Assembly: GCF_000315625.1 (NCBI RefSeq)
Contig: NW_005434609.1
Coordinates: 378,907 to 416,225 of the forward strand
Source: Guillardia theta CCMP2712
Taxonomy: Eukaryota > Protista > Cryptophyta
DNA length: 37,319 nucleotides
Direction: 5' to 3'
Numbering within the stretch: position 1 is the first letter of the stretch; each line of letters begins with the position of its first letter. This document shows, in pieces, positions 9,666 through 21,200 of the stretch. A program made the position numbers and the translations under genes. Under the pieces are notes generated by a model. It searched no databases, was not told the DNA's origin, and saw only the letters and a program-made list of their open reading frames with translations.

Positions 9666-12600
9666 TCAGAGATCGGGGGACCGTTGAGCGGCGATGTTGT
9701 GCTGCTTGAGTACTTCCTTGGTCGCTGCGATCGCTTCCTTCCTCCTCAGCACCACAGTCTGGGTGTGGGAGAGGCCGAAAACCTGGAGGAGAAGGTGCAA
9801 TAAGCAAGATGTATGTGCAAGAATTTGTGTCAGACGTATGAGCAAAATCTTGAGCAAGATTTTGAAAGCAAGATGTATGTTGATGTTGTATGTTCATGTT
9901 GTACATACAAGTTTTGTGTACAAGTTGTATGTGCAAGTTGCATGTACAATTTGTGTGTAGTTGTGTGTACAAGTTGTGTGTACAAATTGTGTGGGATGAC
10001 GATTAGGTGAAACATCAGCAAGTCTTTCTCTTACCAAGAACTCGTCCGTGCAACTTTCAACGAGTTCGTAGAGCTGGTGACAGAAGAGACAAACATGTCA
10101 GAGGAGAATAAGAAATGGGGATTGGGGCAAGGGATAAAACATGGTTGAAGGGGGGGAAGGATGGGGAAGAGCTTTTCATTGACAGGGAGCAAGTAAAATA
10201 CAGAGGAGTGAAGAGAGATGGAGGAGGACGAAGAGGAATTTGAACAAGGAGAGGAGGAGGAGGAGGAGGAGGAGGAGGAGAGGAAGAATGAAGTTCTACA
10301 TACATGCTTCAGGTTGAGGACTTTTTTGCCGTTGAATGTGTCGAGCTACACGAGGAAGTCAGCATGAAAACAGAGCAGTCACAAGAGCAGTCCCTAGGAA
10401 ACTTACCTTAATGTTCCTGATGCCGTCGTAACCAGAACAGATCTCTGCTGCCAGAATCTGCGAAAGAACGACAACTTCCTCACCTGCACCATCAACAACA
10501 TGAGATCAAACTAGGTGAGATCGAAACCAATGCCTCGGCATTGCTATCCCCATCATCATCTCCACCATTATCGTCATCGTCATCTCCATCATCATCTCCA
10601 TCACAATCATCACTATCACTATCATTATCACTATCATCATCACTATCATTATCACAATGACCGTCATCATCTCCACCATCACAATCATTATCACAATCAC
10701 CATCACCATCACCATCACAATCACAATCACAATCACAATCACAATCACCATCACAATCACCATCACCATCACCATCACCATCACCATCACCATCACCATC
10801 ACCATCACCATCACCATCACCATCACCATCACCATCACCATCACTATCACCGTCATCACCATTACCATCACCGTCACCATCACTACCACCATCACCACCA
10901 TCATCACCTTCCACACTCTGAAATCTCTCATCGATGGCAGCCAGCAACACCTGACACCAAGTCAACCAGGCTCCCTCCGACAACCGATGGCTCACATTCG
11001 GAGCTTTCTCGTAATATCGCTTTCCAAACTCGTGCAGCATGTAGTTCAAGGTAAGCGGGACAAACACCTGAACATGTGCGGGTGAACAAAGTTTGTTACT
11101 GTCGAGATGCGACGGAGCGGAGAGGGGTGCAGTTTAAGGAGAAAGGAAAGGAGGGAGGAACGGAAGAAGGGAGGAAGAGGAAGGGAGGGCAAGGGCGAGG
11201 AGGGAGAGCGAATAAGAGAAGCTGCAGTGCGGGGGAGCGAGGTAGAAAAACAGTGACGTACCATACAACCGACAATATAATATCGGGGAGCAACGTCGTA
11301 AACACACTCGGGGACGAAATACTTTGGGGATTTCAACACGACGTTCTTCTTGCAGACCTGGTGGGATGGATGTGTCAGGAGATGGAGAGAAAGAGGGAGG
11401 GAAAGTGCAGCATGACGGTAAGACCGCAAGGAAGGCAAGGAAGTGAAATCCAGCACAACAGACACAGTTATGGTCCGTTATCGCATGATGTTCTCTGACA
11501 TGAAAGGCAACGAGAAACAGAAAGTTCAAAGACATCAGAGAGAACAGGGGAGAGAAAACGAGCAAGACAGTATGGTGAACAGGAAAAGAAATTCCATGAT
11601 CAAGACAGCGACGGTTCTTACCTTCCTGCCTCTCAACAGTGTGATCTCACAAACATCGTCAACAAACTTCTGACTGATCAGATGGGCAAATGCCAGCCTC
11701 TCCATCATCCTGAACTTGATCGTCCCGTCGTCTGCTATTGAGACTCCGTCGATCGCCAGCAACGTGTCGCCTGCCAGCCTCGTCATCTGCCAGCCCTCCA
11801 TCCTCTCTCCTCCTCTACTCCTCCTCCTCCCCCTCCCTCTCCCCCTCCGCCTACTCTGAGTGGGGCTCCTCCTCCCCCTCCCTCCCTCCCCTTCTCCTCC
11901 TCACCTGTCTGCAGCGTGTCCGGCGAGTGCCGCGTCTGGTCTACCTTACACACCATGATCCCCGACCTGTCCAGCTCCCGCGGCAGCTCGCAGTTGTCGA
12001 TACCCACGAAATCCCTCAGGTGCTTGTTCTCCAGCGGTGCCCAGGTGATCCCCAGGGTGACGAACCCTGTGTACCTCTGGTTCCGCTCGATGTCCGTCAG
12101 GAAGTGATTCACCACTGAGCAAGGGATGATGTACCCCACGTTCTCAGCGTCCTCCCTCCCCTGGAACGCGACTCCGATCACCTTGCTGCTGTCGTCGCAC
12201 AGCGCCGGCCCCCCGAGTTCCCCGCGTTCACCGCCGCGTCGATCTGCACGCACAGCAGGTTGAACCCCGAGTGCGCGTACTCGTGCACGTCCACCCTCGA
12301 CACGACCCCAGCAGTTACGCACAAGTTGTCTCCTCCAGTCGGGAACCCGACCACAATCACGCTCTGCTGGAGCTCCGGCACGTCGCCGAACTCCAGCGCC
12401 TTCGTCCCCACCCAGAAGTCTCCGTCCTCCACCCCAATGATCGCCAGGTCACACTCGTGACCGACGAACAGGACTCGAGCTGGGTACTTCTTCGGGATCC
12501 CGTGTCGCTGCACCAGGACCCAGTTCTGGTTCGCCACGTTGTGCGCGTTGGTGAGGATGCGATGGCCTGAGATGATGAAGCCGCTCCCCGTTCCCTGCCG

Positions 12601-13059
12601 CTGCCGGCGCATCTGCCATGGCTGCGAGAAGTGCGGCTCCGTTGTCCATGCAAACACCTTGACCACAGACGCAAAGCCTGTCTGCAGCGCCGCCGTAGGT
12701 GTCGCATGCTTGGCCGTCTCTGCGAGCAGCTTGCTGACTCCTCCCACAGAGATCGAGGCTCCTCCCAGAGCTCCAAGAGCAGGAACGGAAGCGATGGAGG
12801 AGACGGAGGACGGGCCTGCTCCAGCCTCCAGCTCCTCGTCCTCGTCCTCCTGCATCTCATCCTGCCGCACATCTCTCGTCACAACAGGTTTCCCCTCGTT
12901 TGCGTTGTGGAGGGAGCTGGAGAAACCACCTCCCTGCGATCCTCCTCGCAGATGCCGAACGATGCTGAAGGGCTGAGGCGAAGGAAGCGAAGTGGAGAGG
13001 GGAAAGTAACCGTTGGAAAGGGCGACGAAGAGGAGGATAGCGAATCTTGACGAGAACAT
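9666..13059 (-). CDS. Deg/HtrA serine protease (Deg2/Deg9-like: trypsin domain plus two PDZ-like domains) with signal peptide; apparent 1-nt frameshift at 12209-12214
   Basis: Catalytic motifs ILTNAH, HECDLA and DAAVNAGNSGG(P). Exons are 13059-11905, 11770-11622, 11357-11262, 11067-10996, 10950-10908, 10483-10407, 10345-10304, 10073-10035 and 9782-9666, all GT-AG. C-terminal VVVLSQILAAEICSGY...FNGKKVLNLKHL...VLKQHNI...SPDL* is typical of Deg2/9. Confidence 0.93.
9830..9992. repeat. Degenerate intronic repeat rich in TGTACAAG/TTGTGTG (last Deg intron)
   Basis: Repeated gtacaagtt/tgtgtaca/gcaagat units within intron 10034-9783. Confidence 0.65.
10550..10907. repeat. Intronic (CATCAC/CACAAT)n hexamer microsatellite
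   Basis: Fills Deg intron 10907-10484 from the donor onward. It is the source of the poly-H, poly-IT and poly-DG ORFs. Confidence 0.95.
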
Positions 13060-13931
13060 GGTGCGACGCCAGAGAGAACTGAAAGGAAGGCAAGAGATGG
13101 CCGTAGAGAAGTAGCGAGAGGAAGTGACAACAGATACCAGACGATCTGAGCTGAAGAAGGTTTGGAACCACTGGGAAGGGGAGGGGAGGTGAACAACCGG
13201 AAACAAAAGCTCCTGATGGCTGGAACGGGAGACTAGGACAAGGACGACGGCAGGAGAGGTCCTGTGCTAGTCATGCGTTGCGTTGAGGTATCGTGGGAGA
13301 ACTTTGACGGTCAACAGATGCAGAGAGCAGAAAGAAGAAGACGTGAAGAGGAGAATGTGGCAGGGGTACGAGAGAGAAGTGGAGGAGGAGGAGGGCGAGG
13401 AGGGGAAGGGAGGAAGAGGAGGAGGAGGAGCACAGGTAGACAGGAAGACAGGAAGACAGGGAGGGAGGGAGGGAGGGAGGGAGGAGTCGCCGAGAAGTCG
13501 CCGATGCGTGGGCAGCTATGAAACCCCTGCGGCGGCCATGCGGCAAGGGTATCCGCGATTATCCGCCAGAGTATCCGTGAATGTATCCGTAAAAATCCTA
13601 AAAATGATCCGCAAAAAATGCAGGCAGCAGTGCAGGGAGGGAGAGAGCTGCTGGATAGTCGAGGAGGAGGAGGAGGAGGAGGAGGAGGAGGAGGAGGACA
13701 GAGGAGAGACAGTGAGAGAGCAAGGAGGAGGGACGGGGGGTGTTGGGAGGATAAGAGAGTGATCGGACATGGAGGGGGAAGGTAGCGGCGCAATGAACTG
13801 TGGGGAAAGCAGGGAAGGAGGGAGGGGAGGGGAGGGGGCTACTCCATGAGACCGCAACGATGGCAAGACTGAGATCGAAATGATGCTTGGTGATGTTGCT
13901 TGCTGCCAGGAAAGCTCTCCCATCGTCGGGC

Positions 13932-14540
13932 ATGCGGCCTACCCTGAACCTTGAGGTGTTCTTAGTTTGTGTCCTATCGTGCGCACCCTACGTGCATCCC
14001 CTGTCCTTCCGTCCGTCTGCCATTGGAGCATCGGGATGCCTGTGGAGCCACTTGCGCAAAGATGCTCTTGGAAGCAGGCTTATCGGAGGTAGTCTCGGAC
14101 CCAAGACGATGGTGACGTTGTGAGGGGATGGGCGGTCAGTATTGACACACTGCATGCAGTTATCGTCCAAGTACAGCCCGCGCGATGAGATCTTCAAGAA
14201 GGCGCTGCCTAAGGTCGACATGGGCTGGCGGCGCATATTCTCTGGCAGCTTCAACGTCTTCTGCCTTTGTCTGTTCATCGCTGGAATGAGCATGGATAGA
14301 AACCTTTACCGCCTCATAGCGGGTCAGATCACCGTCCTCGATTTCCTCACCGTCACTTCGAAGGAGATGCTTGAGACGACTGTCATGCTGTATCATGCGG
14401 GTTGCTCTACAGTCTCTCGCTCCTTCCAGGATGGCAAGGAATGGTGTGCGAAGATGATGGGCGACGAAGCCCGTTCAGCAAGAGAAGGTATACAGAAGCA
14501 GTTCCCTCCTGGTTCCATTGGGAACCCGCTGCCTAAGTGA
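13932..14540 (+). CDS. Hypothetical protein with one hydrophobic segment; 5' structure uncertain
   Basis: Last exon ~14160-14540 has coding-like codon usage (LSSKYSPRDEIFKKALPKVDMGWRRIFSGSFNVFCLCLFIAG...NPLPK*). An in-phase ~48-nt intron (GTGACG...ATGCAG) joins it to an upstream open frame. Confidence 0.45.
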
Positions 14541-14749
14541 CGGGCATGTCAACAGAGCTTCCTGTTCCAGACAAGCAGACGCTGAGGGACCATTCTATAG
14601 CTAACCACACTGCTGTGTTATGTTCAGATCACGTCACACGCCTCATCATGTATAGTTTGCCATCTTTAAATTTACAAGAAATTAATTCAGAACGACTCCG
14701 ACCCTTAGTTTGCAAGAGAGGTCCAGAGCTCAGAAAGCAAGAGCATCTC

Positions 14750-15326
14750 TCAGGGCGACAGATGGTACTGGGTAGGGGTAGCGTGCGTAGGAAGAGCAGA
14801 CTGCGGGGAGCGAATGAGTCAAGTCAAAACACACGGCTCAGCCGTTACCTGCAAGTAGGTATTCCCATCGCAGTCCGTGCCGAAAAGTCCGCACTGCGTA
14901 AAGACAAGGAGCAAGCGCAAGTCAGTCACCAAACAACCGAGTGAGACCAGTAACAGCACTCACGTCAGAGATCGCCGGAACCTTAGAAAGCAGGGAGTTG
15001 GCGTGCCTGTTGGTCAAGACTTGTGTGTGCGCGTGCATGGGGTGGCCTGCAACACGAAATTAGAAAGGTGAAGTCAGGGAAACACTCTCCAGCAAGATCG
15101 AGGGCAGAACACAGCAAGGAGTAGAGCAAGGGGGTAGCTGATCGCGAGAAGGAAGGAGGGGAGGTGGAGCTGGTTAGAGGAAGCAGCAGAGAGCCGATGG
15201 TATCAAGGATGTGGATGTCCAACCGGATGATCTCCCCCCGAGATCGAAGTCAGAGAGCTGGGAGAGCGCCGCTGCATTCCTTCGCTCGTCGCGTCCCTTG
15301 AGGGCGTACATTGCAGCGTAGAACAT
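14750..15326 (-). CDS. Small multi-exon hypothetical protein
   Basis: Phase-compatible exons: MFYAAMYALKGRDERRNAAALSQLSDFDLGGRSS | GHPMHAHTQVLTNRHANSLLSKVPAISD | CGLFGTDCDGNTYLQ | SALPTHATPTQYHLSP*, with GTGAGT/GTAACG donors and YAG acceptors. No recognisable family. Confidence 0.45.
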
Positions 15327-15744
15327 CTGTCAACCATTTAGGTCAGAGCTTGATCGCTCCAACTAAGTAAGGACACATGCGCTAGCTTCGATCGTGGTGA
15401 TTTCAAAAATCACAGCTATGAGCTAATAGATCCTATTCTACCCCTTTGAATCCCGGACTGATCAGTTAGGTATACGGTTCAACCAGGAAGCCCATAATGA
15501 AGATGAAGTAATGGTTGTAACAAAGGTTCTCACAAACGCATTCAGCTTTCATGAACCATCGATGTCTTTCTCTCCCCCCGCACCGCCCTACTTGGTCTCT
15601 TTTGTGCTCGCTCCTCCGTTCCTAACATTTCACTTCAGACTCTTCCACTTGACTTTTGCTTTCAACTCCGCATGTGGTCCTCTTCCTCGCCTTCGATCTC
15701 TTCTCCTTCGTCAGGCATAACCCCCTCTTCCATGCCCTCTTCTC

Positions 15745-15836
15745 TTCCTTCTCTGTCGCTCCCCTCCTCCTTCTCTCTCGCTCCTCTCCTCCTTCTCTCT
15801 CGCTCCTCTCCTCCTTCTCTCTCGCTCCTCTCCTCC
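15745..15836. repeat. 22-bp pyrimidine minisatellite, about 4 copies
   Basis: Unit ctccttctctctcgctcctctc in tandem. Confidence 0.85.
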
Positions 15837-16063
15837 ATCTCCAGTGCTCTCTTGGAAGCGCCATGTTCTAATTCGGACAACCGTTACTTGTCTCATGTTG
15901 ACGTTACAGTCGCAGTCGTTACGTAACCGTTACAGAAGTCTTTCGTCGAGGGTGGGGGTAGTTTGAGTACCGGTACATTTATGATCCCTTGTGAGTCATA
16001 CCCCTGGGTTAGCCATATACCCTACCCCTAACGTGGAGAGCTATTTGCGGTCAACCGGGTTCC

Positions 16064-17859
16064 ATGCGGCTCCCCGACAGCGATCATGCAAGGCAAGCAA
16101 AATCCTCCTCCTCGTCTCCCCGCCACATCATCATCCTCCTCCTCCTCGTCCTCCTCCTCCTCCTCATCGTCCTTGTCTTCCCGCCACACCATCCTGCGCT
16201 ACATCATCATCATCCTCCTCCTCCTCCTCCTCCTCTTACTCTTCTTCCTGTTCATCGTATTCTCTCAGACTATAGTTCCAACCCTCATCATATCCTCATC
16301 CTCTGTCAGAACTACACTGGTTTCTGATGATGATGCTGCTTTTCCTCTTGCCTCGCAAGATCTTCCTCTCTTCCTGTTCTACCTCTCTTCAAGTGACGTT
16401 CCATGTAGCTCGGGGCATGTGCTTGCGGACAATCTCGACGCACAACCGAGGAGGAAGCGGATGCTTTTCTTTTCCACCAGCAAGGCCGACCTGGGCTTGA
16501 CGCTCATCGTGGCAGCAGTCCTCTCGCTTCTCACCCTTGTTATCTTCAAGCTCGACAACGACGTCAAGTTGCTCGAGTACAACAAGGATATGAGACAAGG
16601 AAACTGTAAGGTGTTGTCGGCAGAGCTGCAGCATGTGTCAGTGCCGCAAGGTCCCCCCGATGTTGATATCCCCGACGAGGACAAGGTAAAGTACCTCGTT
16701 GCCTTCCTCCCTTCCTCTCTCCCCCACCACTTCCTCACTCCTTCCCTCCTTGCTCCCCCTCCCCGTCCTTCCTACAGCGTCTTGCATCTTGTTCTCTTTC
16801 ACCTACACTCTACCTATCCTCCTCTTCTCCCCTCCCTCCTTTCGCCTCCCCTTCCTTGTTTTTCCCTCTCTCCCCCTGTCCTCTCCTCTGCCTCTACCTG
16901 CCCTTGTCGACCCCATGATCTCACCTCCTGCCCTCTATCTGACCTCCTGCCACTCAAACCTGCGCTCTCTACCCTTACGCTCCATTATCAGTGGCGAGGA
17001 GAGGTGATAGTGGAGGTCGACCCTGGCGACGGAGCAAACTCCTTCCAGGTCCCAGTGCACGACACGTTGGAAGGACAGTTCTCCTCAGTCAAGGAGTATC
17101 AGGAGCAGTGGTTGCAGCGGCACCAAGAGGGGAAGCAAGAGGTTTGCTACTACGGCATGTTCCACGGGCACATGGCGGCAGTGTTCGACCTGCAGGCTGC
17201 GTTGACCAAGGTGAACGGCAGCTGGGGAGAGGACCACAGCTCGTTCAGCATGCACGTGGCCAAGGTTGTAGTCGGGTTCTTCGCGCTGCTGTTCGTCGGC
17301 CTCGTGAGTTTCAAGAATCCCCCGTCTCACCCACCCTCTCCTTCTCCACCACCACCACGATATCCTCCTTCTCCTCCTCCTCCTCCTCCTCCTCTTTCAC
17401 CAACACCCCCTCCTCCTCCTCTCCCTCCCCCTTCACCTCTCCTCCTCCTGCTCCTCCCACCTCTACTTTTCCCTTACCTCCCCATCCTCATCCTTGTCCT
17501 CATCGTCATCACTACCTCCTCCACTGCCTCCTCCTCCATCATTCCAACTTCCGCCATCGTGAGCTCTACCCCAGGTGTTGATCAAACTTCTAGTCGGCAA
17601 ATGGGATTCGCCCGAAGATGAGGAGTATCAGCAGCTGCGAGAGGATAAAGAGGATGCTGTCCCTCCTTACGGGTCCGACGGGACGCGAGGAGGAGGGGAG
17701 GAGGAGCGGCTGCAGCGGGTTGTGGTGGACCTGCAGGAGGAGAGGAGAGGGAATGTCGAGACAGGGCGATCGGTACGTCTGATGTGGCTAGAGGAGGAGG
17801 AGGAGGAGATGGAAGTAGGAGGAGGAGGAGGAGGAGGCCTGACTCGGTCGTTCAGTTGA
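16064..17859 (+). CDS. Two-transmembrane protein with a Cys-containing extracytoplasmic loop
   Basis: Exons 16064-16092 (GC donor), 16409-16685, 16992-17303 and 17575-~17859. TM1 is LGLTLIVAAVLSLLTLVIF and TM2 is VAKVVVGFFALLFVGL|VLIKLLV. Acidic tail has EYQQL. The 3' end is uncertain. Confidence 0.7.
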
Positions 17860-18206
17860 TACTGCAAGGAGGGACGCCTAGATCGGATGGGTTGGAAGAG
17901 GTTCCTTTGCCGAGATGACGGGGGATTTTTGTTTTGTGGCATGTAAGATTTATTGTTTGTGCTTTTGTGCATGTGATTGTAAATATATGTTTCTCCTTTC
18001 CTCTGAGACTTTTTCTCTGTTTAATTCTTTCGCCTGAAATCAACATGAATAAACGATATGAGGAACAGGTGAAGAGGAAGAGGAGCAGGAAACTATCAGA
18101 ACATGTCGAGGTGGGAAAGGAGGAGGGTAAGGAGGAAGAAGGGAAGCGATTGAGGAGAGGAGGAGGAGGAGCAGATGGTGATGATGATTGAGGGGTTTAT
18201 CCAGCA

Positions 18207-21200
18207 TCACGCTTTTGCTGCCAAGTCCGCGTATGATCTCAAGATTGTGTTCTTAGTGTCGAGGTCATCCTGTCAGATGTTATCACGAAATATGACATTG
18301 ATGACATGCAATCACATCTCATCTCATCTCATATCTCAAGCTCATCTCATCTCATATCTCATATCTCCCTCATATCTCATCTCAACTCAACTCAAAACAT
18401 ATCACATCACCTCGAGCTGTTTGATCATGCCTCGCAGCAGTTGATTCTCAGACTGCAGGTGAGACAACGAAGACTTGTCGACATGGTTTTGCTGAGCTTC
18501 AGCAGCTACTTGAGCGACAACCTCGCAAGCTTCGATGAGATAACATGTCCAACAATCCTGCAAGTTCAGCCCAAGTTTGAAGACTTCCTCGCCTGATTGC
18601 TGAGATGCCGTCATCGTCAAGAGATGTCTTCTTTGCTGCAGGCATGACGAGTCGAGCCCTGCAATGCGCTTCTTTGTGCTTGCGATCACTGACTGAAGGT
18701 TCAACGATGACGATGACGATGATGATGACATGGAAGTCTGCCTGCTGTTGCCTCCGGTCTGAACACTCTGCATGCTGCATGCAAGGTTGCTAACGAAGTC
18801 TATCAGCGCGAGGTTGAGAGAGTCTTCCAAGAGAAGCATCTTGACAAACTCGTCGGAGAGCGCAAGGTCGACGTGTCTTGTTGCTGTCTTGGCTGCTTCC
18901 TGTTGTGCAAGTTCTTCACACAACCTCTGCATGTTCATCTCAGCCATCTGAATCTTTGAGGACTGGAGTTGTTGCTTGTGATAGTAGTCCTCCACGTTCT
19001 GGAGCTGCTCTGCCTGAAAGGAAAAGTCAAGACAACAACAACAACAGGCATGTAATGGTGCTGCCTGTATGTTTGCGATGCAGCCGAGGAATCTGAACAA
19101 GATCTGAAACATCTCTGAAGAGAACGAAATTGTGTGCGGAAGGAACATGTCTCCGTTGTCCAACACCTCACCCCAATCATCATCTTCTCTCGTGGGAGCG
19201 TGAGATTGAATTTCCCTCATCTCTTGAACACATGCTGCAAGGTTTTGAACTATCAGTTCTGTCTCTACAGTCTCTCTGCCTTTCGACAGCAAATACTCCA
19301 ACACCTTTGTGAACAAGCTGATTATCTTGGAACATCGCTCTTGCTGCAAGACATGTCAAAAAGACTTCACAACAATTTGACTGATCACCTGAATACAACT
19401 CTCCCTCCATCCCTGATGAGCAACTTTCCTCATGTTGTCAACATAAAGGTTGATCTTGACATTGAGTTCAGCTAAATCTTGAGATGACGGGCTACTTCTC
19501 CTGACTGCCGGCATGTCTGGTCTAGAAACAAAAAAGTCAAAACTATCCCTCCATGAGTTGGAAGATTACATGGGCTGCAAGACATCATGGTCTGAGATTG
19601 CAGAGGAGTTCTTGTTCTTGTCGTCTCCGTTATCACAATAATTGTTGCGACTTCTTGTCTTTCCTTGCAGTGCTCCTTGCGGTGCTACAACATCTTGTAC
19701 AACATCACTGATTCCCGTCGGCAAGGGACATGTCGATTGGCTCGCTGACAACAACCTTTCATCTTCCGACATTTTCCTGATCTCTTCAGTGTCTTTCAAA
19801 CATGCGGCGATCATCGCAACGATCTCCGTCATCTTGTTATGCTGTAGCTGCTCCCTCAAAAACATCCCATCACTCTCCATCTCAAAGTTGCAACAACAAC
19901 TTCGCAGTTCCCCTCGCAGTGTATCGACCTGCTGCGCAAGGTTGTAGAGGATCGACTTGGACTGGTCTTCCTCCTCCCGCCTAGCTGCATCCTTGGGTAC
20001 TTTGGAAGGAGACGTGTTACCAGAGGCAGGAAGCAACTTCCTATCGCTGTCTGCTGCCTCCATCATCTCCAGCGCCTGTAGCAGGTGATTCATGACTCTG
20101 TCTACCTCCTTCAACCTCCCACTCGTCGAGCCAGCCATGTCGTTCTGGAGTTGCAAGCTATCGATCTCAGCCTCCAGCGCAGCGATCGTCTCATCCTTCA
20201 CCCTACTGAGCTCCTTCATCACTTGGAGCTCCTCCTGCAGCACTTGGATGGTGGAGATGACGTGGATAGTTTCAGATCTCCTTCCTATCAGCAGCATGTT
20301 CGCCTCCCGCTCTACCTCCCACTCCCCAAGTCGCACCGTCAGCCTCCCCTCCACCTCCTGCATCGTCGCCAGGAGCTCCTCGGTCTCACTGTGGAGGGAT
20401 GCAAGCAACGAATACTCCCTCTCTCCTTCTTCCTCCTCTTCCCCCTGCTCCTGCTCCTCCTGCTCCTCCTGCTCCTCCTGCTCCTCCTGCTCCTGCTCTT
20501 CCTCCTTGTCCTCGTGTCTCCGAGACTCGCTCGCCTGTATCGAGCAAACAAGATCCGATCTCATCTCATCCACTGCCGACATGTTCTCTCGGTTCAGCAG
20601 CTCCAGGTGCTCCAACTCAGCCCTCAAACTCTCCTGCTCGCTGCGCATCCTCAACCTGTCGAGCTGAAGGAGTTGGAGGGAGTCGGAGATCGTTTCTTCT
20701 GTCATTGCTATCTCCTCCAGTCCTTCTGCAAACTCCTCACCTGCCCTATCGTACAAGACCTGAGTGTAAGTTTTGCTCCGCAAGATAGTTTGCGTCACTG
20801 TCAACAACTGCTCAAATGTCGAGACAAGATCTGCCATCCCGCTTGCAAACGATTGTATACAAGACATCTCTTGCTCGACATGAGACTGAAGAATGAGATC
20901 CTTGTACTTCTCGCAAGCTGACTGTGCGGCCAACCTTTCAAACACAGATGCTGCAGCCTGTTGCGTTGTTCTTTCAAGATTGTCGAAACTTTGACACAGC
21001 AGATTGAACATCTCCAGCATAACACAGTCACTCTGCATTGATCGATCCCTGTCTGCAGATAACTCGTCGAGCTGTAAACTTGCTTCTGAAATCGCCCCCT
21101 GCGACATCGAGAGAGCATCGGAGAGCATGAAGGTGTAAGACTTCAAGTTTGAGATCTCACATTGCTGTAAGATGATGTTCCTGTTGAGTTGATCTATCGT

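Noticed and set aside
10492-11085. Poly-His, poly-(IT), poly-(MV) and poly-(DG) ORFs
   Set aside because: Translations of the intronic (CATCAC)n microsatellite in the Deg gene.
16086-17621. 511-aa ORF as a single-exon protein
   Set aside because: Reads through C/T-rich stop-free introns with clear splice sites; the real protein is shorter.
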